From assembly GCA_965242965.1 (NCBI GenBank), contig OZ251518.1:4896001-4960000 (forward strand): a stretch of 64,000 nt of DNA, written 5' to 3'. Below, piece by piece: positions 1-9,479 of this stretch. The notes under the pieces were generated by a model. It was given only the letters and a program-made list of their open reading frames with translations. It searched no databases and was not told the DNA's origin. How positions within the stretch are numbered: position 1 is the first letter of the stretch; each line of letters begins with the position of its first letter. The position numbers and the translations under genes were made by a program. Source of the stretch: Candidatus Poribacteria bacterium. GTDB lineage: Bacteria > Poribacteria > WGA-4E > WGA-3G.

Positions 1-74
1 GACGGGGCAGGGGGCTGAACCCCTCTGCCCTCATCTTTCAACTGTGCGGCTATGCGGCTTGCCTGCATCTGTCC

Positions 75-209
75 TTATCTCTCTTTAGGCTTCGGAGCCT
101 TTTTGGGAGGTTCAGGGACAGGGACAGGCTTAGGAATTCGGCTCCCTTGCATTTCCCACCAGCGTTCTCGTTTCCGCGTTTCCGCGGGTTTTTTCTTGTT
201 AGTTTTCAT
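75..209 (-). CDS. Small Lys/Pro-rich hypothetical protein (44 aa)
   Basis: Manual translation MKTNKKKPAETRKRERWWEMQGSRIPKPVPVPEPPKKAPKPKER*; GAGG upstream of the ATG. A further ORF starts at 68 and runs off the window edge. Confidence 0.35.
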   Translation of the reverse strand: MKTNKKKPAETRKRERWWEMQGSRIPKPVPVPEPPKKAPKPKER

Positions 210-259
210 AATCACGCCTCATTTCATACCTTGTTTAAGACAACAAATAAAAGGAGCGG

Positions 260-1080
260 GTTTCCTAAATCGCTCAACGTCGCGGGGACAGGCCCCGCCG
301 CGCTACGATGAAAAAAACGCCGCCCCTTCACGTAGGGCGAGGGCCTGTCCCTCGCCATCCGTTTGGCTGTCAGAGCGCATCACCTCTTTAGGGCAGGAGC
401 ACCTGCTCCTGACCCGTTCGGGAGCAGGCGATTCCGAACTACAGAGCTGGGCCCAATGCCTTCCGGTAGGCGAGATCTCCCGGTCTCGATGTTCCCGTAG
501 CGCGGGGGCCTGTCCCCCGCGATCGCCATCGTCAAGAGCGGCGTTTTTAGGTCCGTTAGGACCTTAATGTCTATAGTAACACGTGTCGTCCCGTTTTCAA
601 GGTCCTTTAGAACCTTAATAAAAAAACACGCGGCCTGTCCAAATCTATTAAGGACCTAAAGGACCTTAGAGCTCTTCGCGAGCGCGCGTGCTATAGACAT
701 TAAGGTCCTACGGACCTAAGAGAACGCGCGCCGTTTTTTTTCGTTCTCCCCACTCTGTAGTTTGTGATCGACTGATCACAAACGGGTCAGGATCAGGCGA
801 TCCTGAACTACAGGGGTGAGGAGGTCTGCCAGCAAAACGATGGCGAGGGAAACCCGCTCGGATGCGCGTGTGGCATCCGAGGGCCCTCGCCCTACGATGA
901 AGGGGAGACGGCCTTGCTACCGTAGCGCGGGGGCCTGTCCCCCGCGATCGGTGGGTAGACCGGAGCATGGCGAGGGCCTGTCCCTCGCCCTACGATGAAG
1001 GCGAACCTTCTGCCGCGACCCCGGGCGGCGCGCCGCCCTATTGCATCGAGACCAGGAGGTCTCTCCTACCGGGAAGCCAT
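260..1080. repeat. Cluster of GTAG-hairpin REP-like repeats plus ATAGACAT-AGGTCC/GGACCT palindromes
   Basis: Copies of GTAGGGCGAGGGCCTGTCCCTCGCC, GTAGCGCGGGGGCCTGTCCCCCGCG, GTAGG(A/C)GAGA(C/T)CTCC(C/T)GGTCTCG and CTATAGACATTAAGGTCCTACGGACCTAA. Confidence 0.9.
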
Positions 1081-1096
1081 CGAAAACGAATGCCCG

Positions 1097-2149
1097 CTAA
1101 TCCTCTTTGATTTTCCCCCATGTCGTCGTCAATGAATGCACCGAAGGTGAAACACTGCGCGCCGTTGGATTGAACCAATCGGGCCAAATGTTATCGCCAT
1201 CGTGCGTCAGTTGCGTTGGAGGACCACCCTTCATGTCGGTTTTAAAGAGTTGCGCCGGCAGACCTGGCTTGTCAAGCCGAGCACTATAAATGAGTTCGGT
1301 GCCGTCTGGAGACCAGGTGGGGTGATAGGGCCCTTTCTCCTCCTCTCGACTCAGCTGCTGAAGGCCGGTGCCATCGCTGTTGACGAGGTGGAGCGTTGAT
1401 TCCCGATAGAAAAGAAACCCCTGGGCATTGAACTCCGCCCCATGGAGTTGCGCAAAGGCGATTTTGTCACCCTGTGGTGCCCAAGTCGGCGCACCAACCC
1501 ACGGTATCTCTTCGGAGAGCAGCGTCTCTTGATCGCGTGTCTGCAGGTTAAAAATCCCAAGCGCGGTGTCTTCAGGGCCAACCCCTGCAAAGACGATTTC
1601 ACGGCCATTCGGGGACCAGCGCGGATCGAAACCATCCGTTATTTTCTCCTCAGCGTTCCCATCCGGCGTTGCAAAGTAGATAGTCTTGGCGACATGCGGT
1701 GGATGGAGACCGAGGGGTTTTCCGCTTTCATAAGCAATGCTTTTGCCATCGGGAGACCAGGTAGGTCGTCTCCTATATGCTTTGCTTTTGAACACTTTCC
1801 GGACGTTTGTCCCATCGGCATTCATCAGATACAGGTCAAAAAGACCCCCCTCTCGATCGGAGCTAAAAACAATCTGCGTGCCATCGGGAGACCAGGCCGG
1901 GTCATAATCCTTTGCGTGGTGCTTTGTCAAGTTGAGCTGCGCGCTTCCATCGGGATTCATGACATAGATTTCGGCATTGCCATCGCGCTTTGACACAAAC
2001 ACGACTTTCGCTGTCGCCGGGGTTTGTGCCATCGCGGTTTCAATGCTATGACAGAATAGGAAGAGTGAGCCACTGAGGTAACTGAAGATGAGCACCTTGA
2101 TGAGAATCCCCTCGGCGCGGGGCGGGAGAGAGAAGCGTTTCAGAATCAT
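1097..2149 (-). CDS. Secreted TolB-like PD40 beta-propeller protein
   Basis: N-terminal hydrophobic segment, repeated P-x-WSPDG motifs, C-terminal LTTTWGKIK tail. Confidence 0.85.
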   Translation of the reverse strand: MILKRFSLPPRAEGILIKVLIFSYLSGSLFLFCHSIETAMAQTPATAKVVFVSKRDGNAEIYVMNPDGSAQLNLTKHHAKDYDPAWSPDGTQIVFSSDREGGLFDLYLMNADGTNVRKVFKSKAYRRRPTWSPDGKSIAYESGKPLGLHPPHVAKTIYFATPDGNAEEKITDGFDPRWSPNGREIVFAGVGPEDTALGIFNLQTRDQETLLSEEIPWVGAPTWAPQGDKIAFAQLHGAEFNAQGFLFYRESTLHLVNSDGTGLQQLSREEEKGPYHPTWSPDGTELIYSARLDKPGLPAQLFKTDMKGGPPTQLTHDGDNIWPDWFNPTARSVSPSVHSLTTTWGKIKED

Positions 2150-2303
2150 GAGATTACCTCACATATATGCGTCTTAATGATAAAAATAGTCCGTCCACGC
2201 AAGAAGCGCGTAAGACGAATGAAAAAAAGTGATGGTGATGTCTAACATTGCGTTTGCCATCGTGATTTATTTTCGCATTTTTTGTGTTTTTTGTCAAGGG
2301 GAA

Positions 2304-2935
2304 ATGAGCAGGAGCAGGATATGAGCAGGATTTACAAGATTGAGCAAGATTGAGCAGGATTTACAAGATTAGCAAGATTTCGCAAGAGGAATCCGTAGCG
2401 CGGGGGCCTGTCCCCCGCGATCGTTCGATCCGCGCGAAAAACGCACGCCAACCAACCGTTTTCCCGATCGAGGCGTGGCGAGGGAAACCCTCTCGCATGC
2501 GCGTGTGGCATGCGAGGGCCCAAGCCCTACGGTAAACGGCACGTTTTTTCCCCGTAGCGCGGGGGCCTGTCCCCCGCGATCGTTCACGTACCCAGTGACT
2601 GTAGTTCGGGATCGCCTGATCTCGAACGAGTCAAGCGCGCGGCCGCCTCCGTTTCACCGTAGCGCGGGGGCCTGTCCCCCGCGATCGTTCACGTAAAAAA
2701 TCTCTTCAGGTCCTGTCCTACTTGAGGAGACTGTAGTTCGGGCTCGCCTGATCCCGAACGGCGCAAGAGCAGGTGCTCTTGCCCTACAGAGGGGATGCGC
2801 GCACGCATGCCCCAGAGCACGGCGAGGGACAGGCACTCGCCCTACGGTAGAAGGAACGTTCAATGCACGGCGAGGGACAGGCCCTCGCCCTACGGGGAAC
2901 TGCATCGAGACCAGGAGGTCTCTCCTACCGGGGGA
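2304..2935. repeat. REP-like repeat cluster with GAGCAGGATTTACAAGATT ladder repeats
   Basis: Three GTAGCGCGGGGGCCTGTCCCCCGCG copies plus other GTAG hairpin families. Confidence 0.9.
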
Positions 2936-2945
2936 AGGGAGACAA

Positions 2946-4307
2946 TCATATCGTTTCCTCCTCTTCCTCATGCATAATCTCCTGCAGGCCCGTTGCGATG
3001 CGGAACGCAATAAGACAGATACCGATCGATATGGCGAACAGCCACCGATACCCAATATGCGGTGCGAGGATGCCGCCGATGAGCGGCGCGAAACTCACAG
3101 GCAGCAGCAACGTATTCATAAACCCAATGTAACTCGGACGGTGGCGCGGTGGCGCGATGTTCAGCATATATGACATGAACCCTACCATCATGCCGTTCCC
3201 TAAAACCCCACCTACCGTGAAAATCAGGAAAAAGGCAGGCAGTCGCAAAGAGACAGAAACAAGTCCTGATGAAAAGGCTAACGTCGGCGGGATTAACATC
3301 AGGCCGGCGGTGATAATGAGGAGCCACCGCACGCCATATTTCTCGCCGATGTGTCCCCACAGGGTATTGGAAACGACACCGCTCAATGCAGAGCACACGA
3401 TGAAAAGGCCGATACTTGCCTCGGAGACACCGAGTTCGTTCAGCGCGTAAGGGATGTAGAAAGGCGATGCCATCCCCGAAAAATGCGCGCCGACGCGGAA
3501 AAAGATGAATCGACGGTAATTTTTGTCAGTGCGCAGGAAATGCGGGCCTTGCTTTAGATGCTGTGATAAGGGCTGCCGTGTCGAGTGGACAGGATGAATC
3601 GGTTCGCGCACACCGAGGAAACTAATAAACGAGAGGAACGCGGCACCTACCGAACAAATAAATAGAAAGGCGTAGTTGTAGGGGAACCCGAGGTCTGTGT
3701 CAACGCGGCATACCGTGCCGATGAAATACATCGTCACCGTTTTGAACCCTCGCGTAATCGCCCCTTCGATACCGGTAAATTCTGCCTCATTTCCGAGCAC
3801 GGCGCGCACCAGAAACCCTACCCAGATAGCGAAAAATCCGCCGTAGAGCTGACGCAGGCTAAAGAATCGGGCACGTCGCTGCGGTTCTATCGCTTTAGAG
3901 ACAATGTCCATGTAAGGCAGCGTTGAAACGCCCATCGCGGACGAGGAGAGGAAATAGAATCCCAAAAAGCAGGCGGCGAGGAGCATCGGGTTCTGTTCAC
4001 CGATGGTGACGGTGCAGAAGAATACGGCGAGCCATGCTAGCACGCGCACGCTCATCCCGAGCGCATAGAACGGCATCTTGCGCGGCCGATGTTCCAGCAC
4101 ATTGGACATGAGCAGCTGCGGCCACATCCAACCCGCTGTCATCATCGAACCTGTCAACCCGACGAGCAGCGGCGAGCCGCTCAATTTATCAATGAAAGCA
4201 GGAAGCACCGTTGATGCATCCGCGAAGGCGAGATTGATTCGCATGAAGGTGCCTTGCAGCAACGCGAATCGGAAATTTCGCCGGGAGTTCCCTATTTGTT
4301 CCGGCAT
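2946..4307 (-). CDS. MFS transporter
   Basis: About 12 hydrophobic helices and a GHIGEKYGVR motif-A-like loop. Start moved to MPEQIG because the longer ORF runs through repeat DNA. Confidence 0.85.
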   Translation of the reverse strand: MPEQIGNSRRNFRFALLQGTFMRINLAFADASTVLPAFIDKLSGSPLLVGLTGSMMTAGWMWPQLLMSNVLEHRPRKMPFYALGMSVRVLAWLAVFFCTVTIGEQNPMLLAACFLGFYFLSSSAMGVSTLPYMDIVSKAIEPQRRARFFSLRQLYGGFFAIWVGFLVRAVLGNEAEFTGIEGAITRGFKTVTMYFIGTVCRVDTDLGFPYNYAFLFICSVGAAFLSFISFLGVREPIHPVHSTRQPLSQHLKQGPHFLRTDKNYRRFIFFRVGAHFSGMASPFYIPYALNELGVSEASIGLFIVCSALSGVVSNTLWGHIGEKYGVRWLLIITAGLMLIPPTLAFSSGLVSVSLRLPAFFLIFTVGGVLGNGMMVGFMSYMLNIAPPRHRPSYIGFMNTLLLPVSFAPLIGGILAPHIGYRWLFAISIGICLIAFRIATGLQEIMHEEEEETI

Positions 4308-4348
4308 GTTTTTTTCTTCTTTCCTATTCCTAGAGGTGTTATCTTCAG

Positions 4349-4601
4349 GGTGTTTCATAACTCCGTTTCGGTATTTATCCCGATTATGGGCGAATACCGA
4401 GCAAGCGATGTCCCCGTAGGCGAGACCTCCCGGTCTCGATGCCCCTCCTACCGCGAAGGCATCGGGCCCACCTCTGTAGTTCGGGAGCACCCGCTCCCGA
4501 ACGGGTCAGAATTAGGCCCGCCTGCCCGAGAGAATAAGCCCACCGCTGCATCGAGACTAGGAGGTCTCTCCTACCGGGAAACCGTCGATTTATGAAACAC
4601 C
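4349..4601. mobile_element. MITE-like element (12-bp terminal inverted repeat GGTGTTTCATAA) carrying REP hairpins
   Basis: GGTGTTTCATAA at 4349-4360 and TTATGAAACACC at 4590-4601; the same end recurs near 41624, 43907 and 59447. Confidence 0.5.
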
Positions 4602-4812
4602 TTCTGTTATCTCTTGCATTTGACACAATTTCGGCGATTCGGTTTAATTGATTTTTCTGGACAAACGACAGAAATTGTGCTAAATTGATATTTGCGTTTA
4701 ATGTTGAGCGAGTTGTCTCTACATTGAGAAGTCGTAGCCCGGGCTCACCCGAGCCCGAATTGTTTGGAATCGCTAATCTCAAACGACACATTTGGCATAA
4801 AAGGAAAAAACT

Positions 4813-5766
4813 ATGGAACCTCTTCGGATTGGATTTCTCGGTGCCGGCGGTTTCGCACGGCACACCATTTATCCGGCGTTGCATCTCGCACCCGTCGCAT
4901 TGCAAGCTGTCTGCGATGCCGATGAAGGACGCGCAAAAGATGCCGCTGGCAAATTCGGCACAGGACGATACTACACGGACCGGCACGAAATGTTTGAAAA
5001 GGAAGAACTGGAGGCAGTCATCATCTGCATGGGCCCCGACCCGAGGCAGTCGCTTGTGCTTGAGACGCTCGCCGCGGGGTATCATGTCTTCGTCCCGAAG
5101 CCGCCCGCGCCATCGCTAGCGGAAACGCTTGACTTGGCGGAAGCCTCGGAAAAGCACGGCAAGACGCTGATGGTGAACTTCCAGCGGCGGTTTAGCCGCG
5201 GCGTGCGCGGCGCGAAGGAGATTATGCAGACAGAAGCCTTCGGGCAACTCACGCAACTTTTCTGCTCGTTTTGCAGCGGTGCATACCCAACGGTGAAAAG
5301 TTATCTGCTGGATTTCGCCATCCATCACTTCGATCTGGCGCGTCATATCGCCGGTGCGGATGCGAAAGAAATCGCTGTCTTCCACAACGAAGTCGATGGA
5401 CAAGGCGCGTTCGCCGTTGCGTTGGAATATACCAACGGCGCAGTGGGCAACTTACAATTAACGAGTCAACGCCTCTGGCAACGCAACTATGATTACATCG
5501 AAATCACCGGCCAGCACGAGTATATCGTGTTAGACGGCTTGTGGGGCGTTCAGCACTTCACGCAATCCGGCAACACGTTCACCTCGAATTTCTCCGATGA
5601 ACGGAACGGTGAATTAACCGGGGATGGCATCAGTCTCACCGAGTTTGTCAACGCCATTCGTGAAGACAGGGAGCCAATCTCCAGCATTCACGATTGCGTC
5701 GGTTCCATGCGGTTGTATGATGCCGTTCTGCAACGTAAGAAAGGCGTTATTTCGCTCATTGATTAA
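4813..5766 (+). CDS. Gfo/Idh/MocA family oxidoreductase
   Basis: IGFLGAGGFA Rossmann motif, HVFVPKP (EKP variant), LLDFAIHHFD. Confidence 0.9.
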   Translation: MEPLRIGFLGAGGFARHTIYPALHLAPVALQAVCDADEGRAKDAAGKFGTGRYYTDRHEMFEKEELEAVIICMGPDPRQSLVLETLAAGYHVFVPKPPAPSLAETLDLAEASEKHGKTLMVNFQRRFSRGVRGAKEIMQTEAFGQLTQLFCSFCSGAYPTVKSYLLDFAIHHFDLARHIAGADAKEIAVFHNEVDGQGAFAVALEYTNGAVGNLQLTSQRLWQRNYDYIEITGQHEYIVLDGLWGVQHFTQSGNTFTSNFSDERNGELTGDGISLTEFVNAIREDREPISSIHDCVGSMRLYDAVLQRKKGVISLID

Positions 5767-7297
5767 TTGCTTCTAGCACCTCAAGACACGTTTTCCCGTT
5801 CACCAATTGGTGGTAGAATTGGGCGGCGCGCCTGCTAAAATCTCGGTTCTGACTGAGTCGCACCTCTTCCGAACTACCGGGAGGTGTCCACAACGTCGCA
5901 TCCGAGAAAATGGCGGCGAGCCGTCTTTCTACCTCTGCGAGTTCCGTGCCGAACGCGCCGTTCAAAACGTTTTGTATCGTCAAGTCCGGGTCGCGAATTT
6001 CATAAGTCTCTCCTCTATCTGTCACGCCACTGTAGAGCGAAGCCGTGGCACCTGTGCTCTCGTGCGGTGTCAAGAACCGCAAAACCGTCGCGAACGAATA
6101 GGCAAAATCGGTTTTGAACTGTTCTGTCGCCGAGGCGTAGTTTGGCGATATGACGATATCGGCGGCGCGTTCGCGGAGTTTTACTGTCTCAATGATGTTA
6201 ATCCGCGCCGTGTCGTCCTTGACGCGGCGGATGCGTTCAATAAACTCGCGCGTATACGCCGCCGCGCTCTGTTCTGCAATCGGGATGTCTGCCTCCACAA
6301 TCTCGGCATAGCCAGCCATCAGCCGTTCTAAATGCGGCGCGAAGGTCGGGTGCAAAGCCGCTTCGTTAACAAATTCAATGCCGGCAAGCATCCCTTTGTG
6401 CGTAATCCCCGGCACATGCACCGAATTGACTAACAGCAGTTTCCAATCGTGGTGCGGCTCAATGCTTTCTGGCGTGACGATAACGCCAAAATCTTCAAGC
6501 GCGCTGAAAGGGACTCTGAGCACATCTCCCGGGTCTTCGACAATAAGCGGTTTCGCAGGCATTTTCTCGGCATACGTGATGAGTTCGTCTGGGATACCTA
6601 TGCGGTCGCGTGCTTCTGTCTGAATCTCCTCAGGCACGGCGTAAACCTGCGGCACCAGCCTGTCCCCCATTTCATTGAGGAAGCCGACGTTGGTTTCCAG
6701 CCAGCCTGCATACGCGTTATTTCGTCTCGGATACTCGGTGCGCAGCATGTTGCGAATCACATCGCCGTTACTTCGGAGATTATCGGTATTGATAACAGCG
6801 AGCGTTGCATCCGCGCCGTGGTGCGAAAAATAGCGATAGAGCGTCTCGTCGAGGACATCCATCGCCAATTCACCTTTGGCAATCCCGGCTTCAGTTACGC
6901 CGATGAGAACCAGATCCAGCGGGTTTCGGGTTTGTGCATAAAACCGTTCACGGCCCGCCTCAGTGGCAAGCGTCGTCGCGCCGACAACGCTTGAAACCCG
7001 TCGGATGTCATGAATTCCCTCTACATCAAACGTGACGACGTGATATACGCCGTTTTGTCGGTTAAACGCGTCTGCTTTTTCCGTGCCGCGCGGTTGTCCG
7101 ACAAAAATGCCGCCGTCGTAGAGATGCCGTTCGTTGAGAATGTGAACGAATTCGTGAGTGAGGGCGCGCTGCAGTCCCCCCGCGCCGATAGCGAGAATTT
7201 TTGCGTCTGATAAGCGTTTCTGGTGCAAGGCTGTTTTCTCCGTAGAACCGATATTGACGTTGTCAATATCTACGTTCTTGGCAAATATGGCAAACAT
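5756..7297 (-). CDS. Mannitol/altronate (polyol long-chain) dehydrogenase-like protein; start uncertain
   Basis: LAIGAGGLQRAL, VTEAGI, NTDNLRSNG, MGDRLVP and KLLLVNSVH resemble the mannitol dehydrogenase/UxaB family motifs. Confidence 0.65.
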   Translation of the reverse strand: MFAIFAKNVDIDNVNIGSTEKTALHQKRLSDAKILAIGAGGLQRALTHEFVHILNERHLYDGGIFVGQPRGTEKADAFNRQNGVYHVVTFDVEGIHDIRRVSSVVGATTLATEAGRERFYAQTRNPLDLVLIGVTEAGIAKGELAMDVLDETLYRYFSHHGADATLAVINTDNLRSNGDVIRNMLRTEYPRRNNAYAGWLETNVGFLNEMGDRLVPQVYAVPEEIQTEARDRIGIPDELITYAEKMPAKPLIVEDPGDVLRVPFSALEDFGVIVTPESIEPHHDWKLLLVNSVHVPGITHKGMLAGIEFVNEAALHPTFAPHLERLMAGYAEIVEADIPIAEQSAAAYTREFIERIRRVKDDTARINIIETVKLRERAADIVISPNYASATEQFKTDFAYSFATVLRFLTPHESTGATASLYSGVTDRGETYEIRDPDLTIQNVLNGAFGTELAEVERRLAAIFSDATLWTPPGSSEEVRLSQNRDFSRRAAQFYHQLVNGKTCLEVLEAINQ

Positions 7298-7338
7298 GGC
7301 AAATATAATTAGGGGGCAAATATGAACGACATCCACCC

Positions 7339-8553
7339 TTACAATTTCGTCTCTGATCCGGAAGTTGGAGATGAATCGGCTAAAATTTTGGCATAGAGTG
7401 CCAAATAGGCATCGGCGATGTGTTTCCAATCGTAAGGTTTCACCCGTTCGATGCTTGCCTTCCCCATCGCAATGCGCTGTTCACCTGCGTTGATGAGTTT
7501 GACGAGGCACCGCGCGAGTCCATCTACGTCGCCCGGGTTGAACACCTCGCCGTTAACGCCTGCTGCGACGAGTTCGTCTATCCCCTGCACGCGGCTGGCG
7601 ACAATCGGCAACCCTGTCCCCATCGCCTCTAGCACGACGAGCGGCATCCCCTCCGCCAGCGATGGCAAAATGAAAATATCGGCGCGCCGATATTTCGCCG
7701 GCAATTCGGCATACGGGACCGAACCTGCAAAGTGGATATGCGATGCGACACCGAGGCTTTCTGCCAGTTGCAGCAGTTCGTCCCGGTAGGGCCCATCGCC
7801 GACGATTTCAATCTCGAAATTTGTCTCTGTCTTTGCCAGAATGTGCGGCAGCGCGCGGATTAAAAACTGAACCCCTTTGCGCGGGATAAGCCTGCCAATC
7901 GTGAGAATCCGCACGGTTTCCGGATGCGCTTCTCGCTGTGCTGGTTCAAAACGCGCGAGATCCAACCCATCAGGGATGACGTTGATGTTCACGTTCGCGT
8001 CCGTTTCCTGAGCGAGTTCGCGCAAGCCATCGCTACAGGCTACCAGCATTGAGGCGTTCCCCCAGATTGCCCGGATGACAGGTTTGAGCAGCAGGTATAA
8101 CCAACGATAATAGCCCGGGTCTGGGTTCGGGCGCGGCACATCGCGCCCGCCTAAAAACACGACATACGGCACTTTTTGGAACTTCTTCAGGAGATAAGCA
8201 CCGCCGCCCGCGGGAATACCGAAGAAGACCTGGGTGATATCCGGCTGAAATTTCTTCGCGAACTTCAACCCGTAAACGCTTGAACTGATGGCATACGTCA
8301 ACATTTCGTGGACGGCGCAGACATCAGGATTTTTCCGCAGCGCGGGCACGCGATGGACGTGAAATCCTTCTACCTCTTGGACAGTTTCCGCTGCTGTTGA
8401 ATGTTCGCGAGGGACAGGCCGCGCCTTGAACTGCGAGGTAATAAGATGCACCTCGTGCCCGGCCGCGGCAAAGTGTTTGCCTAAAAAATAACTTACCCAA
8501 CCGCCGCCACCGCCAATCGGCGGGAATTCGTGATTGAACATCAGAATCTTCAT
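7339..8553 (-). CDS. GT4 family glycosyltransferase
   Basis: EFPPIGGGG N-terminus, GRLIPRKG, EGMPLVVLEAMG (E-x7-E). Confidence 0.92.
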   Translation of the reverse strand: MKILMFNHEFPPIGGGGGWVSYFLGKHFAAAGHEVHLITSQFKARPVPREHSTAAETVQEVEGFHVHRVPALRKNPDVCAVHEMLTYAISSSVYGLKFAKKFQPDITQVFFGIPAGGGAYLLKKFQKVPYVVFLGGRDVPRPNPDPGYYRWLYLLLKPVIRAIWGNASMLVACSDGLRELAQETDANVNINVIPDGLDLARFEPAQREAHPETVRILTIGRLIPRKGVQFLIRALPHILAKTETNFEIEIVGDGPYRDELLQLAESLGVASHIHFAGSVPYAELPAKYRRADIFILPSLAEGMPLVVLEAMGTGLPIVASRVQGIDELVAAGVNGEVFNPGDVDGLARCLVKLINAGEQRIAMGKASIERVKPYDWKHIADAYLALYAKILADSSPTSGSETKL

Positions 8554-8559
8554 GTGAAG

Positions 8560-9453
8560 TTATCCGCCTGCGAAGGCAACGGCAAATTTGATGATTGCCG
8601 CGGCAATGTTGATACCGGTGACACTCTCTAGTTCCTCAAATCCCGGCGATGGGTTTACCTCTAGGATAACAGGACCGGCTGCCGTTTGGAGCATGTCTAC
8701 ACCGGCGATATCCAATTCTAGTGCGGCCGTTGCTTCAATAGCAAGAGATTTTTCGTTATCGGAGAGGGTGACCGCTTCGCCGGATGCGCCTCGGTGGATA
8801 TTCGCGCGGAATTCGCCGCCCGGGGCGCGTCTCTGCATCCCCGTGATAACTTCACCGCCGACAACGAGGATACGGATATCAATCCCCGTGGTGTTCTCAC
8901 CGATAAACGGTTGAATAACGTAATCTTGATGGAGTTCACACAATGCATCCACTGCCGAGGTGAGGGAAGTCGGCGTATCCAGCAACATTACGCCTCTGCC
9001 GTGTGTGCCGTAAAACGGCTTCAAAATAAACGGGTAGTCTCCGAGTTCAGCGGCAGCCGCTTCCAAAAACGCTGCTGAACCGACGGTGAGACTCGGCGGC
9101 ACAGGCAATCCGTGTTGCGCGAGGATGCGTAAGGAACGGAATTTGTGGCGCGCGTTATCTATCGCCTGCGCGCGATTCATCACCGGGATGCCTAGCCATT
9201 CAAAGTGTGCAATGACTTCTTGTCCGTATGCCGCCGTTGCGCCGCTAATGCGTGGAATGACGACATCAATATCTTCTACCGACGCGCCTTCATAAGTTAC
9301 ACGATTACCCGAGTCGCCCTCAATGGAGAGAATGGAGAGATAAAATCCAAACGCATCCAGGATGTGGGCGGTGTGTCCAGCATTTTCGGCGGCTTCGCGG
9401 AGGCTTCGAGTGGAATGGTTTTGGGCACCCCGGGAGATAATAGCGATTTTCAT
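8560..9453 (-). CDS. rimK: RimK-family ATP-grasp alpha-L-glutamate ligase
   Basis: DVVIPRI, KPFYGTHGRGV, DIRILVVGG, FRANIHRG, LEVNPSPG; GAGG RBS before ATG 9453. Confidence 0.8.
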   Translation of the reverse strand: MKIAIISRGAQNHSTRSLREAAENAGHTAHILDAFGFYLSILSIEGDSGNRVTYEGASVEDIDVVIPRISGATAAYGQEVIAHFEWLGIPVMNRAQAIDNARHKFRSLRILAQHGLPVPPSLTVGSAAFLEAAAAELGDYPFILKPFYGTHGRGVMLLDTPTSLTSAVDALCELHQDYVIQPFIGENTTGIDIRILVVGGEVITGMQRRAPGGEFRANIHRGASGEAVTLSDNEKSLAIEATAALELDIAGVDMLQTAAGPVILEVNPSPGFEELESVTGINIAAAIIKFAVAFAGG

Positions 9454-9479
9454 AGTTCCTCGCAGTTCGGGCACTAATG

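Noticed and set aside
52-998. ORFs made of repeat-derived peptides (RSAGACPPR, VARGPVPR, RRARACPSP), here and in other gaps
   Set aside because: They are translations of GC-rich REP arrays with no RBS or domain content. Similar N-terminal extensions of the MFS, nuoI, enolase and YyaL ORFs were trimmed for the same reason.
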